NCBI RefSeq assembly: GCF_000820025.1
Contig: NZ_CDBI01000055.1
Coordinates: forward strand, 31,521-63,520
Direction of reading: 5' to 3'
DNA length: 32,000 nucleotides
Origin: Aeromonas popoffii
GTDB lineage: Bacteria > Pseudomonadota > Gammaproteobacteria > Enterobacterales > Aeromonadaceae
Each line of letters starts with the position of its first letter. Position 1 is the first letter of the stretch. The notes beneath the pieces were generated by a model. It saw only the letters and a program-made list of their open reading frames with translations, was not told the origin of the DNA and made no database searches. Below are positions 1 through 9,143 of the stretch, one piece after another. A program made the position numbers and the translations under genes.

Positions 1-1
1 T

Positions 2-1066
2 TTAGCCGAACAAGGTTTTACGGATGTGACATGTTTTGAGCAAGACCATTCTTATACTGATCTAGCTGATATGGTTGCCAAAACCGAATTTGTATTTCAT
101 TTGGCTGGTGTGAATCGGCCTAAAGATGAAATTGAATTTTCCAAAGGCAATACCGATTTAACCCAACGCCTGGTTTCTTTGTTAAGTGTGACTGGCCGCC
201 ATATTCCGCTGGTATTAACGTCATCCATTCAGGCTGATCGCGACAATGCTTATGGCAAAAGTAAGGCGGCGGCAGAGCAAGTCGCGCTTGATTATATGCA
301 TCAAACGGGTAGCCCTGCGTATGTGTATCGTTTGGCCAATGTGTTTGGCAAATGGTGTCGCCCAAACTATAACTCGGCAGTAGCTACTTTCTGTCATAAT
401 ACCGTGCATGATTTACCCATCACCATTCATGATGCCAATGCGCCTTTGGCGTTGGTCTATATCGATGATGTGTGCGCCAGCTTTATCAATTTGCTAAGTG
501 GCGAACAAGCGGGTGATTATCAACAAGGCGGTTATAAAGAAATTGAGCCTGTCTATCACACAACTGTGGGAGCGGTGGCTGAGGCTTTGCAGAAATTTAA
601 ACAAAGCCGGATTAACTTGATCACTGAAGATGTGGGTACTGGGCTAATACGCGCCCTTTATTCTACCTATTTAAGTTATTTTTCCCCCAGTGACTTTGCC
701 TATACTGTGCCGGGTTATACTGACCCGCGTGGCAGCTTTGTTGAAATGTTAAAAACCCCATCAGCAGGGCAATTTTCTTTTTTCACTGCCCACCCCGGGG
801 TGACCCGTGGTGGCCATTATCATCACACTAAAAATGAAAAATTTTTAGTGATTAAAGGTACTGCGAGATATCGTTTTAAGCAGGTCATTACCGGTGAAGA
901 ACATTCAATTACCGTTGATGCCGGTGAGTATAAGATCATTGAAACCGTGCCTGGTTGGACGCACGACATTACCAATATCGGCGAAGAAGAGTTAATCGTA
1001 ATGCTGTGGGCGAACGAGATTTTTGATCGTAGCAAGCCCGACACCATCGCCAGCCCATTAGCATGA
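2..1066 (+). CDS. fnlB: CapF/WbjC/FnlB-type bifunctional reductase of the UDP-L-FucNAc (2-acetamido-2,6-dideoxy-L-hexose) pathway; 5' end cut by window edge
   Basis: The reading frame stays open from nt 2 with no stop before the GTG at 26, so the gene starts upstream of the window. The N-terminal part is SDR-like (FHLAGVNRP, YGKSK). The C-terminal part is cupin-like (GGHYHHTKNEKF...VPGWTHDITNIG), which is the two-domain CapF architecture. It is followed by a non-hydrolysing 2-epimerase, as in fnlABC/wbjBCD/cap5EFG. Confidence 0.8.
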   Translation, partial: LAEQGFTDVTCFEQDHSYTDLADMVAKTEFVFHLAGVNRPKDEIEFSKGNTDLTQRLVSLLSVTGRHIPLVLTSSIQADRDNAYGKSKAAAEQVALDYMHQTGSPAYVYRLANVFGKWCRPNYNSAVATFCHNTVHDLPITIHDANAPLALVYIDDVCASFINLLSGEQAGDYQQGGYKEIEPVYHTTVGAVAEALQKFKQSRINLITEDVGTGLIRALYSTYLSYFSPSDFAYTVPGYTDPRGSFVEMLKTPSAGQFSFFTAHPGVTRGGHYHHTKNEKFLVIKGTARYRFKQVITGEEHSITVDAGEYKIIETVPGWTHDITNIGEEELIVMLWANEIFDRSKPDTIASPLA

Positions 1067-1077
1067 GCCTGTTGACT

Positions 1078-2211
1078 ATGAAAAATAAAATTAAAGTAAT
1101 GACAGTAGTGGGCACGCGCCCAGAAATTATCCGCTTGTCACGAGTGCTCGTCGCGTTAGATGAACATTGCGAACATATTTTGGTACACACTGGCCAAAAT
1201 TATGATTTTGAATTAAATCAAGTGTTTTTTGATGACCTTGGCGTGCGCAAGCCTGATTACTTTTTAAGTGCAGCGGGCAGCACTGGGGCTGAAACTATCG
1301 GCAATGTGATCATTGGTGTGGATAAGGTATTGGCAGAGGTGAACCCCGATGCCATGCTGGTACTTGGTGATACCAACAGTTGTATGGCGGTGATCCCGGC
1401 TAAGCGCCGTAAAATTCCCACCTTCCATATGGAAGCAGGTAACCGCTGCTTTGATATGCGGGTGCCGGAAGAGATTAACCGCCGCATTGTGGATCACACC
1501 GCCGATATTAATTTGACCTATAGCAGTATTGCTCGTGACTATTTACTGGCAGAAGGTATTCCTGCTGATCGAGTCATTAAAACCGGCAGCCCGATGTTTG
1601 AAGTGCTCAACAACTATATGTCGCAGATTGACGGCTCAGATGTATTAAGCCGCTTGCAACTCGAAGCTGGCAAATTTTTTGTGATCAGCGCCCATCGTGA
1701 AGAGAACGTCGATTCACCAAAAAATCTGATAAAATTGGGCCAAATTTTGAATGGTTTGGCTGAAAAATATGGTTATCCAGTGATTGTTTCGACTCATCCG
1801 CGAACCCGTAAGCGTATTGAGGAGCAAGGGCTTGAATTTAACCCTTTGGTGCAGTTGTTAAAGCCATTAGGTTTTCACGACTATAACAAACTGCAGAAAT
1901 CCGCCAAGGCAGTGCTCTCCGATAGTGGGACTATTAGTGAAGAGTCTTCTATCATGAACTTTCCTGCGCTAAATATCAGGGAAGCGCATGAGCGTCCGGA
2001 AGCGTTTGAAGAAGCCTCGGTCATGATGGTTGGGCTAGAGATTGAGCGGGTATTCCAAGCGTTGCAGGTTTTGGACTCACAACCTGCGGGTGATGCTCGG
2101 TTGTTGCGCCCCGTATATGATTACAGCATGCCAAATGTTTCCGATAAGATCGTGCGAATTGTGCACAGCTATCGGGATTATGTGATGCGTACTGTATGGA
2201 AACAGTATTAA
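1078..2211 (+). CDS. fnlC: UDP-N-acetylglucosamine-type 2-epimerase (non-hydrolysing), FnlC/WbjD/Cap5G-like
   Basis: The N-terminus MKNKIKVMTVVGTRPEIIRLS...HTGQNYD...GDTNS is the WecB/Cap5G family signature. The ATG at 1078 gives the homologue-like N-terminus. An alternative ATG at 1063 overlaps the fnlB stop (ATGA). Confidence 0.85.
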   Translation: MKNKIKVMTVVGTRPEIIRLSRVLVALDEHCEHILVHTGQNYDFELNQVFFDDLGVRKPDYFLSAAGSTGAETIGNVIIGVDKVLAEVNPDAMLVLGDTNSCMAVIPAKRRKIPTFHMEAGNRCFDMRVPEEINRRIVDHTADINLTYSSIARDYLLAEGIPADRVIKTGSPMFEVLNNYMSQIDGSDVLSRLQLEAGKFFVISAHREENVDSPKNLIKLGQILNGLAEKYGYPVIVSTHPRTRKRIEEQGLEFNPLVQLLKPLGFHDYNKLQKSAKAVLSDSGTISEESSIMNFPALNIREAHERPEAFEEASVMMVGLEIERVFQALQVLDSQPAGDARLLRPVYDYSMPNVSDKIVRIVHSYRDYVMRTVWKQY

Positions 2212-3389
2212 TGCTTAAACGTTTAGATTTGGTGATTATTAATCGCAGTTTCTGGCCGGTTTACCCTGTTATCGGTGAAGCGCTTATGCGCTTCGCCGAG
2301 CAACAATCACTCTCCAAAAATGTGGGAGTTATTTTGCAGGATCATGCTGGTATTAAAGAACATCTTACTCGTGAGAATCGTGGCTTGGGTATTAATTTTT
2401 ACCCTTGCCATGCGTTTTCTGTTTCAGGTAGTAGCATTCTTCGTCGTGTAGCAGATACTGTTTATTTTATGTTGTGGGTCTTTGCTATTTTACTGCTTAA
2501 ACGCCCGAAGAAGGTGTATGTTTCTACTGATCCTCCTGTATTGGTTCCTTCTATTGTAATGATTTATTGCAAACTTTTTCGTGCGCGATTTGTTTATCAC
2601 TTACAGGATATACATCCTGAGGCAGCAAATGTGGTCATGCCTGTTCAGCCAATGTTGTTTCATCTGTTAAAGTCCATGGATTCACTTACAATGCGAACTG
2701 CAGATTTGCTGATCACGATTACTGATCAAATGGCTGAGCAAATAAAAGAACGATCCTCAACAAGAGTGCCGATTAAAATTCTTGCTAATCCATCGGTTTC
2801 TTTTGAACACGTTATTGCTCCCGATTTTAAAAAAGCTGGTTTTACTTTTTGTGGTAATGCGGGGCGTTTGCAACGTATACCTCTGATAATCCAAGCTATT
2901 GATCAGTATTGTCACGCTGGCGGAACATTACCCTTCGTATTTGCTGGGGCTGGTGTATATGCAGATGCTCTGAAAATTCTTGCGGAAAAGTATGTGAATG
3001 TTACTTACAAGGGGTTGGTTTCTGCATCAGAAGCTGCACAGTTAAGTGCTGACTATGAATGGGCGCTGTTGCCCATTGAGGATGACGTAACTAAATTTGC
3101 ATTTCCTAGCAAGTCTTCGTCTTATGTTCTTGCCGGTGCAAAGATTGTTGCTGTTTGTAGTTGTACTACCAGCGTTGCAGAATGGGTAACAACAAATGCT
3201 ATTGGTGTCGTGATTGAACCTTGCGTTGACTTACTATGCCAATTTTTCTTCGCTATTGAACGTGATGAGTACAGCAATCTGCAGCTCGATATTGATCGAG
3301 AGACATTGAAAGAACGCTTGGGTTTTGATGTATTTGTGAACGATTTAACTGAATTGGTTGTGAGTGATAGAGGACTTGAACATGGCTAA
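2211..3389 (+). CDS. Glycosyltransferase, GT4-like (WbuB/WbjE-like, putative L-FucNAc transferase)
   Basis: A 392-aa ORF sits directly after fnlC with a TAATG stop/start overlap; an alternative ATG lies at 2196. The C-terminal half carries a FPSKSSSYVLAGAKIV motif that resembles WbuB-type transferases. The position after fnlC matches wbjE/wbuB clusters. The donor sugar is inferred from context only. Confidence 0.6.
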   Translation: MLKRLDLVIINRSFWPVYPVIGEALMRFAEQQSLSKNVGVILQDHAGIKEHLTRENRGLGINFYPCHAFSVSGSSILRRVADTVYFMLWVFAILLLKRPKKVYVSTDPPVLVPSIVMIYCKLFRARFVYHLQDIHPEAANVVMPVQPMLFHLLKSMDSLTMRTADLLITITDQMAEQIKERSSTRVPIKILANPSVSFEHVIAPDFKKAGFTFCGNAGRLQRIPLIIQAIDQYCHAGGTLPFVFAGAGVYADALKILAEKYVNVTYKGLVSASEAAQLSADYEWALLPIEDDVTKFAFPSKSSSYVLAGAKIVAVCSCTTSVAEWVTTNAIGVVIEPCVDLLCQFFFAIERDEYSNLQLDIDRETLKERLGFDVFVNDLTELVVSDRGLEHG

Positions 3390-4347
3390 GGTTTTACTTA
3401 CCGGTGCGACAGGTTTCGTGGGTTCTTCTTTGCTTAAAACGCTTAAAGAAATTGAAAGTTTCCAGGTCGTTATGGCCATTCGAAAAACAAGAGTGGCTGT
3501 TGATAGCAGCACTTTTGTTGTCGGTGATATTGATGGCGCGACAGACTTTTCTACCGCACTTACGGATGTTGATGTCGTAATTCACTGCGCTGCTCGTGCT
3601 CACGTTATGTGTGATGATGTCGCAGACCCTTTGGATGAGTATCGCCGGGTCAATGTTGCAGGAACTTTGAATCTTGCACAGCAAGCAGCAAAGTGTGGGG
3701 TTAAGCGCTTCATTTTTATTAGTTCGATTAAGGTCAATGGTGAGTCGACTACTAATAGTCCTATCTTTAGCGCATCGAGTCTACCTGCCCCCTTGGACCC
3801 TTATGGTCAATCTAAAGCTGAAGCCGAGCAAGCTTTACTCGAATTGTCTCAAGAAACCAAGATGGAGGTTGTGATTATCCGCCCACCCCTGGTATATGGG
3901 CCTGCTGTTAAAGCAAATTTCGCCTCACTTTTTAATATTGTCTCGAGAGGTATACCATTTCCATTCGCATGTATTTGTAATAATAAACGAAGCTTAGTCT
4001 CGGTTACGAATTTGGTTGATTTAATCATTACTTGCATTGATCATCCTAAAGCAGCAAACCAAATTTTTTTGGTTTCAGATGATCATGATATTTCAACATC
4101 AGAGATGGTTCGTGAAATGGCGACAGCACTAGAAAAACCAACGTGGCAAATACCGGTGCCTCTTTGGTGCTATACGTTGGCAGGTAAGCTTTTTAGCAAG
4201 TCTGACATAGTTGATAGATTGACAGGATCATTGCAGGTTGATATCACCCATACGAAAGAAACCTTAGGTTGGACCCCAAAAGAAACATTGCAGGAGGGGT
4301 TTAAAAAAACCGCTGTTGCATTTATTAAATCAAAAAGTAGTAGGTAG
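3382..4347 (+). CDS. NAD-dependent epimerase/dehydratase-family SDR (WbjF/WbpV/WreQ-like, probable 4-reductase or 4-epimerase for 6-deoxy-HexNAc)
   Basis: MAKVLLTGATGFVGSSL is a Rossmann motif and YGQSKAEAE is the SDR YxxxK motif. A GAGG Shine-Dalgarno lies 7 nt upstream of the ATG at 3382. The gene sits immediately upstream of a small PGT and a WbpM-like dehydratase. Confidence 0.75.
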   Translation: MAKVLLTGATGFVGSSLLKTLKEIESFQVVMAIRKTRVAVDSSTFVVGDIDGATDFSTALTDVDVVIHCAARAHVMCDDVADPLDEYRRVNVAGTLNLAQQAAKCGVKRFIFISSIKVNGESTTNSPIFSASSLPAPLDPYGQSKAEAEQALLELSQETKMEVVIIRPPLVYGPAVKANFASLFNIVSRGIPFPFACICNNKRSLVSVTNLVDLIITCIDHPKAANQIFLVSDDHDISTSEMVREMATALEKPTWQIPVPLWCYTLAGKLFSKSDIVDRLTGSLQVDITHTKETLGWTPKETLQEGFKKTAVAFIKSKSSR

Positions 4348-4349
4348 CC

Positions 4350-4904
4350 ATGATTCGTTTATTGGATTTTCTCGCAGCATTGTTAGGCCTATTGTTGTTA
4401 TGGCCAGTATTACTCGTAGTTACCCTGATCGGCTTGTTTGATACGGGTTCGCCTATTTTTGTGCAAGAGCGGGTTGGACGTCACAAAAAACCATTCAAGC
4501 TGATTAAATTTCGCACAATGTCGGTTGATACCCAGTCGGTGGCGAGTCACTTGGCAAGCACCAGTTCTATCACCAAGCTGGGGGCATTTTTACGTAAAAC
4601 CAAAATCGATGAACTGCCACAGCTGATTAATGTACTTAAGGGTGAAATGAGTCTTGTAGGACCTCGGCCTAATCTTTTTAATCAGGAAGAACTGATCAAA
4701 GAGCGCGATGCTTTGGGGGTTTATGGGGTGTTACCTGGGATTACCGGCTTGGCACAGGTACAAAATATCGATATGTCGACCCCTGCGTTGCTTGCCAAAA
4801 CAGATCGGCAGATGATCGATTCCCTCACCTTAGCTAGCTACTTTCGTTATATCATTATGACGGCAACCGGTAGCGGTGCTGGCGATGCGGTTGGATCGAA
4901 ATAG
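4350..4904 (+). CDS. Small monotopic undecaprenyl-phosphate sugar phosphotransferase (bacterial sugar transferase family, PglC/WreU-like initiating enzyme)
   Basis: The 184-aa protein has one N-terminal hydrophobic helix ([22 protein letters not shown]). It then carries PIFVQERVG...FKLIKFRTM...[23 protein letters not shown], which includes the DE catalytic dyad region typical of this family. Confidence 0.85.
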   Translation: MIRLLDFLAALLGLLLLWPVLLVVTLIGLFDTGSPIFVQERVGRHKKPFKLIKFRTMSVDTQSVASHLASTSSITKLGAFLRKTKIDELPQLINVLKGEMSLVGPRPNLFNQEELIKERDALGVYGVLPGITGLAQVQNIDMSTPALLAKTDRQMIDSLTLASYFRYIIMTATGSGAGDAVGSK

Positions 4905-4963
4905 TATTGCGCAGAGTTACTTCACCTTATCTTCCTTACCGTTATTAACGAGATGGTGCCATT

Positions 4964-6928
4964 ATGTTGACCTCTTTCTTGGCAATCCCCCGTGTTTATA
5001 AACGGGGGATTAGTGTCTGTGCTGATCTGCTATTGCTCACTTTGGCATTCTGGGGCGGTTATTGGGTGCGCCTTGATGCCAATATTCCATTGCAGAGTGT
5101 GCTGCACTGGCAAATGCTGGCGTTGTTACTGCCGATCACCATCATAATCTTTATGCGGTTAGGGCTCTATCGCGCGGTATTACGCTATGTCGGTTTCAAG
5201 GTGCTGTGGACTGTGTCACTTGGCGTTCTATTTTCCTCCATGTCTTTGGTCATGCTGGCGTTTTTTATGGGGGTTTCACTTCCTCGTACGGTATCTGTGA
5301 TATATTTTTCTTTCGCAGTCTTGTTGATTGGTAGTGTTCGGTTATTTTTCAGGGCGTTAGTAAGTCGCGGTAAGCTGCAACGGGTCTCAGTATTAATATA
5401 TGGTGCTGGGTCTTCGGGACGACAATTGCAGTTGGCATTGAATCAAGGGCAGGAATATTTTCCGGTTGCGTTTGTTGACGATGATCCTGTTCTAGCCAAA
5501 GCTGTTATCCAAGGGGTAAATGTCTATAGCCCTGATATGATCGAGGAGTTGATTGCGCGTTTTGATATTAAGAAGATTTTGCTAGCGATACCGAGTGCGT
5601 CTCGGGGTGCCAGACAAGCCGTGATCAATAGGCTAGAACAGTGTCCATGTGAAGTCCTTTCTATTCCTGGCATGGCAGACCTTGTCGAGGGTCATGCTCA
5701 TATAGATGAGCTTAAAGAGGTTAGTATTGAGGATCTGTTGGGGCGTGACTCCGTTGCCCCAATTCCAGATCTTATAAATGCGAATATATCCGGAAAACGC
5801 GTAATGGTGACGGGAGCGGGGGGGTCTATTGGTTCTGAGTTGTGTCGCCAAATCATTCGGTGCAGACCATCGCAACTGGTACTGTTTGAGCTCTCTGAAT
5901 ATGGCTTGTATGCCATAGATAAAGAACTAAATGAAATAAACCTGCATGAACATTTGCAGGTAGAACTTGTGCCTTTGCTCGGTTCAGTTCAGCGCCAGCA
6001 TCGTTTACAAGCGGTGATGAGTACCTTCCAGATCCAGACTGTTTATCATGCTGCAGCCTATAAACATGTTCCACTGGTCGAGTACAACGTGGTTGAAGGT
6101 GTACGTAATAATGTTTTTGGCACACTGTACTGCGCGCAAGCTGCCATTAGAGCCAAGGTTGAAACTTTTGTCTTGATTTCGACGGATAAGGCGGTGCGAC
6201 CGACCAACACCATGGGTACTACCAAGCGATTGGCTGAATTGGTATTGCAAGCCTTGGCTGCTGCTCAAAGCCAAACTCGTTTCTGTATGGTGCGTTTTGG
6301 TAATGTATTGGGATCTTCTGGCTCAGTGGTGCCACTGTTTCGCAAGCAAATCCGCGATGGTGGTCCATTGACTGTTACTCATCCCGATATCATTCGTTAT
6401 TTCATGACTATCCCTGAGGCATCGCAGTTGGTTATCCAAGCAGGTGCGATGGGGCTGGGGGGAGATGTGTTTGTCTTGGATATGGGTGAGCCGGTCAAGA
6501 TTATAGATTTAGCTTACCGGATGATCAGATTGAGCGGCCTCAAGCTCAAGAGCGATATCTATCCTGGTGGTGATATTGAAGTTAAAATCACCGGCCTGCG
6601 TCCGGGTGAGAAACTGTTTGAGGAGTTACTGATTGGTGAACAGGTTGAGGGGACCGCTCATCCTCGAATTATGAAAGCCTCTGAGCTGATGTTGCCATGG
6701 CCGCAATTGCGGACTTTTTTGGCCGAGCTTGATAGTGCTTGTTTCCGTTTTGATCATGAGCAGATCCGTAGCCTGCTGTTGAGCATGCCTACTGGTTTTA
6801 ACCCAACCGATGGGATCTGTGATCTGGTGTGGCAGGCAAAAAACACATTGCCGCATATGCCGCATTTTACCGCCGTCGATGACATTGATTTTCTTAATTC
6901 AGAAAGTCATCAGCCTGTTCATTCGTAG
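4964..6928 (+). CDS. wbpM: Membrane-anchored UDP-GlcNAc 4,6-dehydratase, WbpM/PglF/CapD family
   Basis: The 654-aa protein has about four N-terminal hydrophobic segments and two Rossmann-like regions (IYGAGSSGRQL; VMVTGAGGSIGSEL). It also contains STDKAVRPTNTMGTTKR, typical of the CapD/WbpM catalytic domain. Confidence 0.85.
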   Translation: MLTSFLAIPRVYKRGISVCADLLLLTLAFWGGYWVRLDANIPLQSVLHWQMLALLLPITIIIFMRLGLYRAVLRYVGFKVLWTVSLGVLFSSMSLVMLAFFMGVSLPRTVSVIYFSFAVLLIGSVRLFFRALVSRGKLQRVSVLIYGAGSSGRQLQLALNQGQEYFPVAFVDDDPVLAKAVIQGVNVYSPDMIEELIARFDIKKILLAIPSASRGARQAVINRLEQCPCEVLSIPGMADLVEGHAHIDELKEVSIEDLLGRDSVAPIPDLINANISGKRVMVTGAGGSIGSELCRQIIRCRPSQLVLFELSEYGLYAIDKELNEINLHEHLQVELVPLLGSVQRQHRLQAVMSTFQIQTVYHAAAYKHVPLVEYNVVEGVRNNVFGTLYCAQAAIRAKVETFVLISTDKAVRPTNTMGTTKRLAELVLQALAAAQSQTRFCMVRFGNVLGSSGSVVPLFRKQIRDGGPLTVTHPDIIRYFMTIPEASQLVIQAGAMGLGGDVFVLDMGEPVKIIDLAYRMIRLSGLKLKSDIYPGGDIEVKITGLRPGEKLFEELLIGEQVEGTAHPRIMKASELMLPWPQLRTFLAELDSACFRFDHEQIRSLLLSMPTGFNPTDGICDLVWQAKNTLPHMPHFTAVDDIDFLNSESHQPVHS

Positions 6929-6963
6929 TCCCGCATTGATCACACTATCTGTTGTTGGTAATC

Positions 6964-7298
6964 AACAGTAACAGGATTTTCCGAGGGGGCTTTCTCGGTT
7001 CTGCGGTTGTGCGATATATAATCTGTGATATCCAAGATACTATGTTCAACCTCGATAACTTTATGTATGCCAGTCATATGGCATCGCATGTTGCATGCAT
7101 CGCGATAGCGTGCGTTATACGTTTGAGCAAGTGGATATCTACAACCGCGCCGGGCTGGATTGGCTGCCGCAATAAACTATCAAGTCTGGTATTCGTAAAA
7201 CCGTGAAGTAGTATCTGGATATCCAGCATTAGGTGAGCAACGTCAACAGCTGTGCTTACCAATCCAGGCTCGAGCAGAACGATGGGGAAAGTGCTTGA
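6964..7298 (+). pseudogene. rmlB: Relic of rmlB (dTDP-glucose 4,6-dehydratase): N-terminal about 35 codons joined to C-terminal about 65 codons, with frame change and three in-frame stops
   Basis: The frame of nt 6973-7074 reads RIFRGGFLGSAVVRYIICDIQDTMFNLDNFMYAS. The canonical RmlB N-terminus, from memory, is [32 protein letters not shown]. A different frame from 7104 reads DSVRYTFEQVDIYNRAGLDWLPQ*TIKSGIRKTVK*YLDIQH*VSNVNSCAYQSRLEQNDGESA*. The E. coli RfbB C-terminus, from memory, is ...DRRYAIDA.KI.RELGW.P.ETFESGIRKTVEWYL...W......SGAYQSWIEQNY... The stops lie at 7173, 7209 and 7230. The terminal TGA (7296-7298) still overlaps the rmlD ATG. Confidence 0.8.
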
Positions 7299-8185
7299 TG
7301 CATATTCTGCTGTTTGGCAAAAACGGCCAGGTAGGCTGGGAACTGCAGCGTGCATTGGCACCGCTGGGCCGTGTCACCGCCGTTGATTTTGACTCCACCG
7401 ATTATTGTGGTGATTTCAGCAATTCGGCGGGGGTGGCCGAAACGGTACGTCTGGTCAAACCGGATGTGATTGTCAATGCAGCTGCTCATACGGCGGTTGA
7501 CAAGGCGGAGAGCGAGCAGGAGTTTGCCGAGCTGCTCAATGCCACCAGTGTGGCGACGATTGCCAAAGAAGCGGAAGTATTGGGTGCCTGGTTGGTGCAT
7601 TACTCCACCGACTATGTGTTCGATGGCAGCGGTGAGCGTCCCTGGGTGGAAACCGATGTGACCGCCCCGCTCAACGTCTACGGCGAAACCAAGCTGGCAG
7701 GGGAACAGGGTGCAGCCCTCTGCTCTCGCCACCTGATTTTCCGCACCAGTTGGGTCTACGCCGCCCGTGGTGCCAACTTTGCCAAGACCATGCTGCGCTT
7801 TGGCAAAGAGCGTAGCGAGATGTCGATCATCAATGACCAGTTCGGCGCCCCGACCGGTGCCGAGTTGCTGGCCGATTGCACCGCCCATGCGATCCGCGTG
7901 GCGCAGCACAAACCCGACGTTGCCGGGCTGTACCATCTGATAGCCTCCGGTACCACCACCTGGTTTGACTTTGCCCAGCTGGTGTTTGCCAAAGCCAGAG
8001 AGGCCGGCGTTGAACTGGCGGTTGCGCAACTCAATGCGGTGCCTACCAGCGCCTTCCCTACCCCGGCCAAACGCCCCCATAACTCCCGCCTTGATACCAG
8101 CAAGTTCCAGCGCACCTTCGATCTGGTGCTGCCGGACTGGACGGTCGGTGTGGAGAGGATGTTGACCGAGATCCTGGGCAAGTAA
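7298..8185 (+). CDS. rmlD: dTDP-4-dehydrorhamnose reductase
   Basis: The sequence reads MHILLFGKNGQVGWEL...VNAAAHTAVDKAE...STDYVFDG...YGETKLAGE, matching RmlD over its full length (295 aa). G+C and codon usage are host-like. Confidence 0.9.
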   Translation: MHILLFGKNGQVGWELQRALAPLGRVTAVDFDSTDYCGDFSNSAGVAETVRLVKPDVIVNAAAHTAVDKAESEQEFAELLNATSVATIAKEAEVLGAWLVHYSTDYVFDGSGERPWVETDVTAPLNVYGETKLAGEQGAALCSRHLIFRTSWVYAARGANFAKTMLRFGKERSEMSIINDQFGAPTGAELLADCTAHAIRVAQHKPDVAGLYHLIASGTTTWFDFAQLVFAKAREAGVELAVAQLNAVPTSAFPTPAKRPHNSRLDTSKFQRTFDLVLPDWTVGVERMLTEILGK

Positions 8186-8210
8186 ATCACTGGCCAGGGA
8201 TAAAACAGAA

Positions 8211-8240
8211 AGGCGTGGCCGCAAGCCACCCTTTTCTTTT
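8211..8240 (+). terminator. Terminator-like hairpin plus T-tract between rmlD and rmlA
   Basis: GGCGTGGC cgcaa GCCACCC has a 5-bp perfect core with one mismatch and is followed by TTTTCTTTTG. An AT-rich spacer then runs to the rmlA start. The stem is short, so this is weak. Confidence 0.35.
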
Positions 8241-8267
8241 GCAATTTAAAAATAAGAAATAAGCATC

Positions 8268-9143
8268 ATGACCAAACGTAAAGGCATTATTCTGGCCGGT
8301 GGCTCTGGCACCCGTCTCTATCCGGTCACCATGGCGGTGAGCAAGCAGTTACTGCCCATCTATGACAAGCCGATGATCTACTACCCGTTGAGCACCCTGA
8401 TGCTGGCCGGTATTCGCGACATTTTGATCATCAGCACACCGCAAGATACCCCCCGCTTTGAACAGTTGCTGGGCGATGGCAGCCAGTGGGGCTTGAACTT
8501 GCAATACAAGGTACAGCCGAGCCCGGACGGGTTGGCACAAGCCTTTATTCTGGGTGAAGAGTTCATCGGCTCAGACCCGTGTGCGCTGGTGCTGGGCGAT
8601 AACATCTTCTACGGCCACGACCTGCAGAAACAGCTGGAAGCGGCGGCAGCCAAAGAGATCGGCGCTACCGTCTTTGCCTACCACGTGCATGACCCTGAGC
8701 GTTACGGTGTCGTGGAATTTGATAAGCAGGGCACCGCTATTTCACTGGAAGAGAAGCCTCTGGAGCCCAAGAGCAACTATGCGGTCACCGGCCTCTATTT
8801 CTATGACAACAGCGTGGTGGAGATCGCCAAGAGCCTGAAGCCATCACCGCGTGGTGAGCTGGAAATCACGGATATTAGTAATTACTACCTTTCCACAGGG
8901 CAATTGACAGTCACCATAATGGGGCGTGGCTATGCGTGGCTTGATACCGGAACCCATGAAAGTTTAATTGAAGCGAGTAACTTTATTCAGACTATCGAAA
9001 AGCGCCAAGGACTGAAGATCGCATGCCCTGAAGAGATCTCCTATCGAAAGGGGTTTATTAATGCGGATCAGGTGCGAACTCTTGCCATGCCGATGGTGAA
9101 AAATGCATATGGTCAATATCTGTTACGGTTGTTAGCCTCGTAA
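8268..9143 (+). CDS. rmlA: Glucose-1-phosphate thymidylyltransferase
   Basis: The sequence reads [17 protein letters not shown]...LGDNIFYG...[15 protein letters not shown], matching RmlA over its full length (291 aa). Codon style changes near nt 8870-8880 (see findings). Confidence 0.92.
   Translation: MTKRKGIILAGGSGTRLYPVTMAVSKQLLPIYDKPMIYYPLSTLMLAGIRDILIISTPQDTPRFEQLLGDGSQWGLNLQYKVQPSPDGLAQAFILGEEFIGSDPCALVLGDNIFYGHDLQKQLEAAAAKEIGATVFAYHVHDPERYGVVEFDKQGTAISLEEKPLEPKSNYAVTGLYFYDNSVVEIAKSLKPSPRGELEITDISNYYLSTGQLTVTIMGRGYAWLDTGTHESLIEASNFIQTIEKRQGLKIACPEEISYRKGFINADQVRTLAMPMVKNAYGQYLLRLLAS

Noticed and set aside
6952-7206. An 84-aa ORF in the wbpM-rmlD spacer as a genuine small gene
   Set aside because: Its N-terminal half is the degraded RmlB Rossmann segment and its remainder is out-of-frame rmlB C-terminal DNA. 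It is part of the pseudogene relic.
7256-8224. 322-aa and 162-aa minus-strand ORFs over rmlD
   Set aside because: The + strand encodes a complete RmlD with its catalytic motifs. The antisense products are G/R/H-rich shadow frames.
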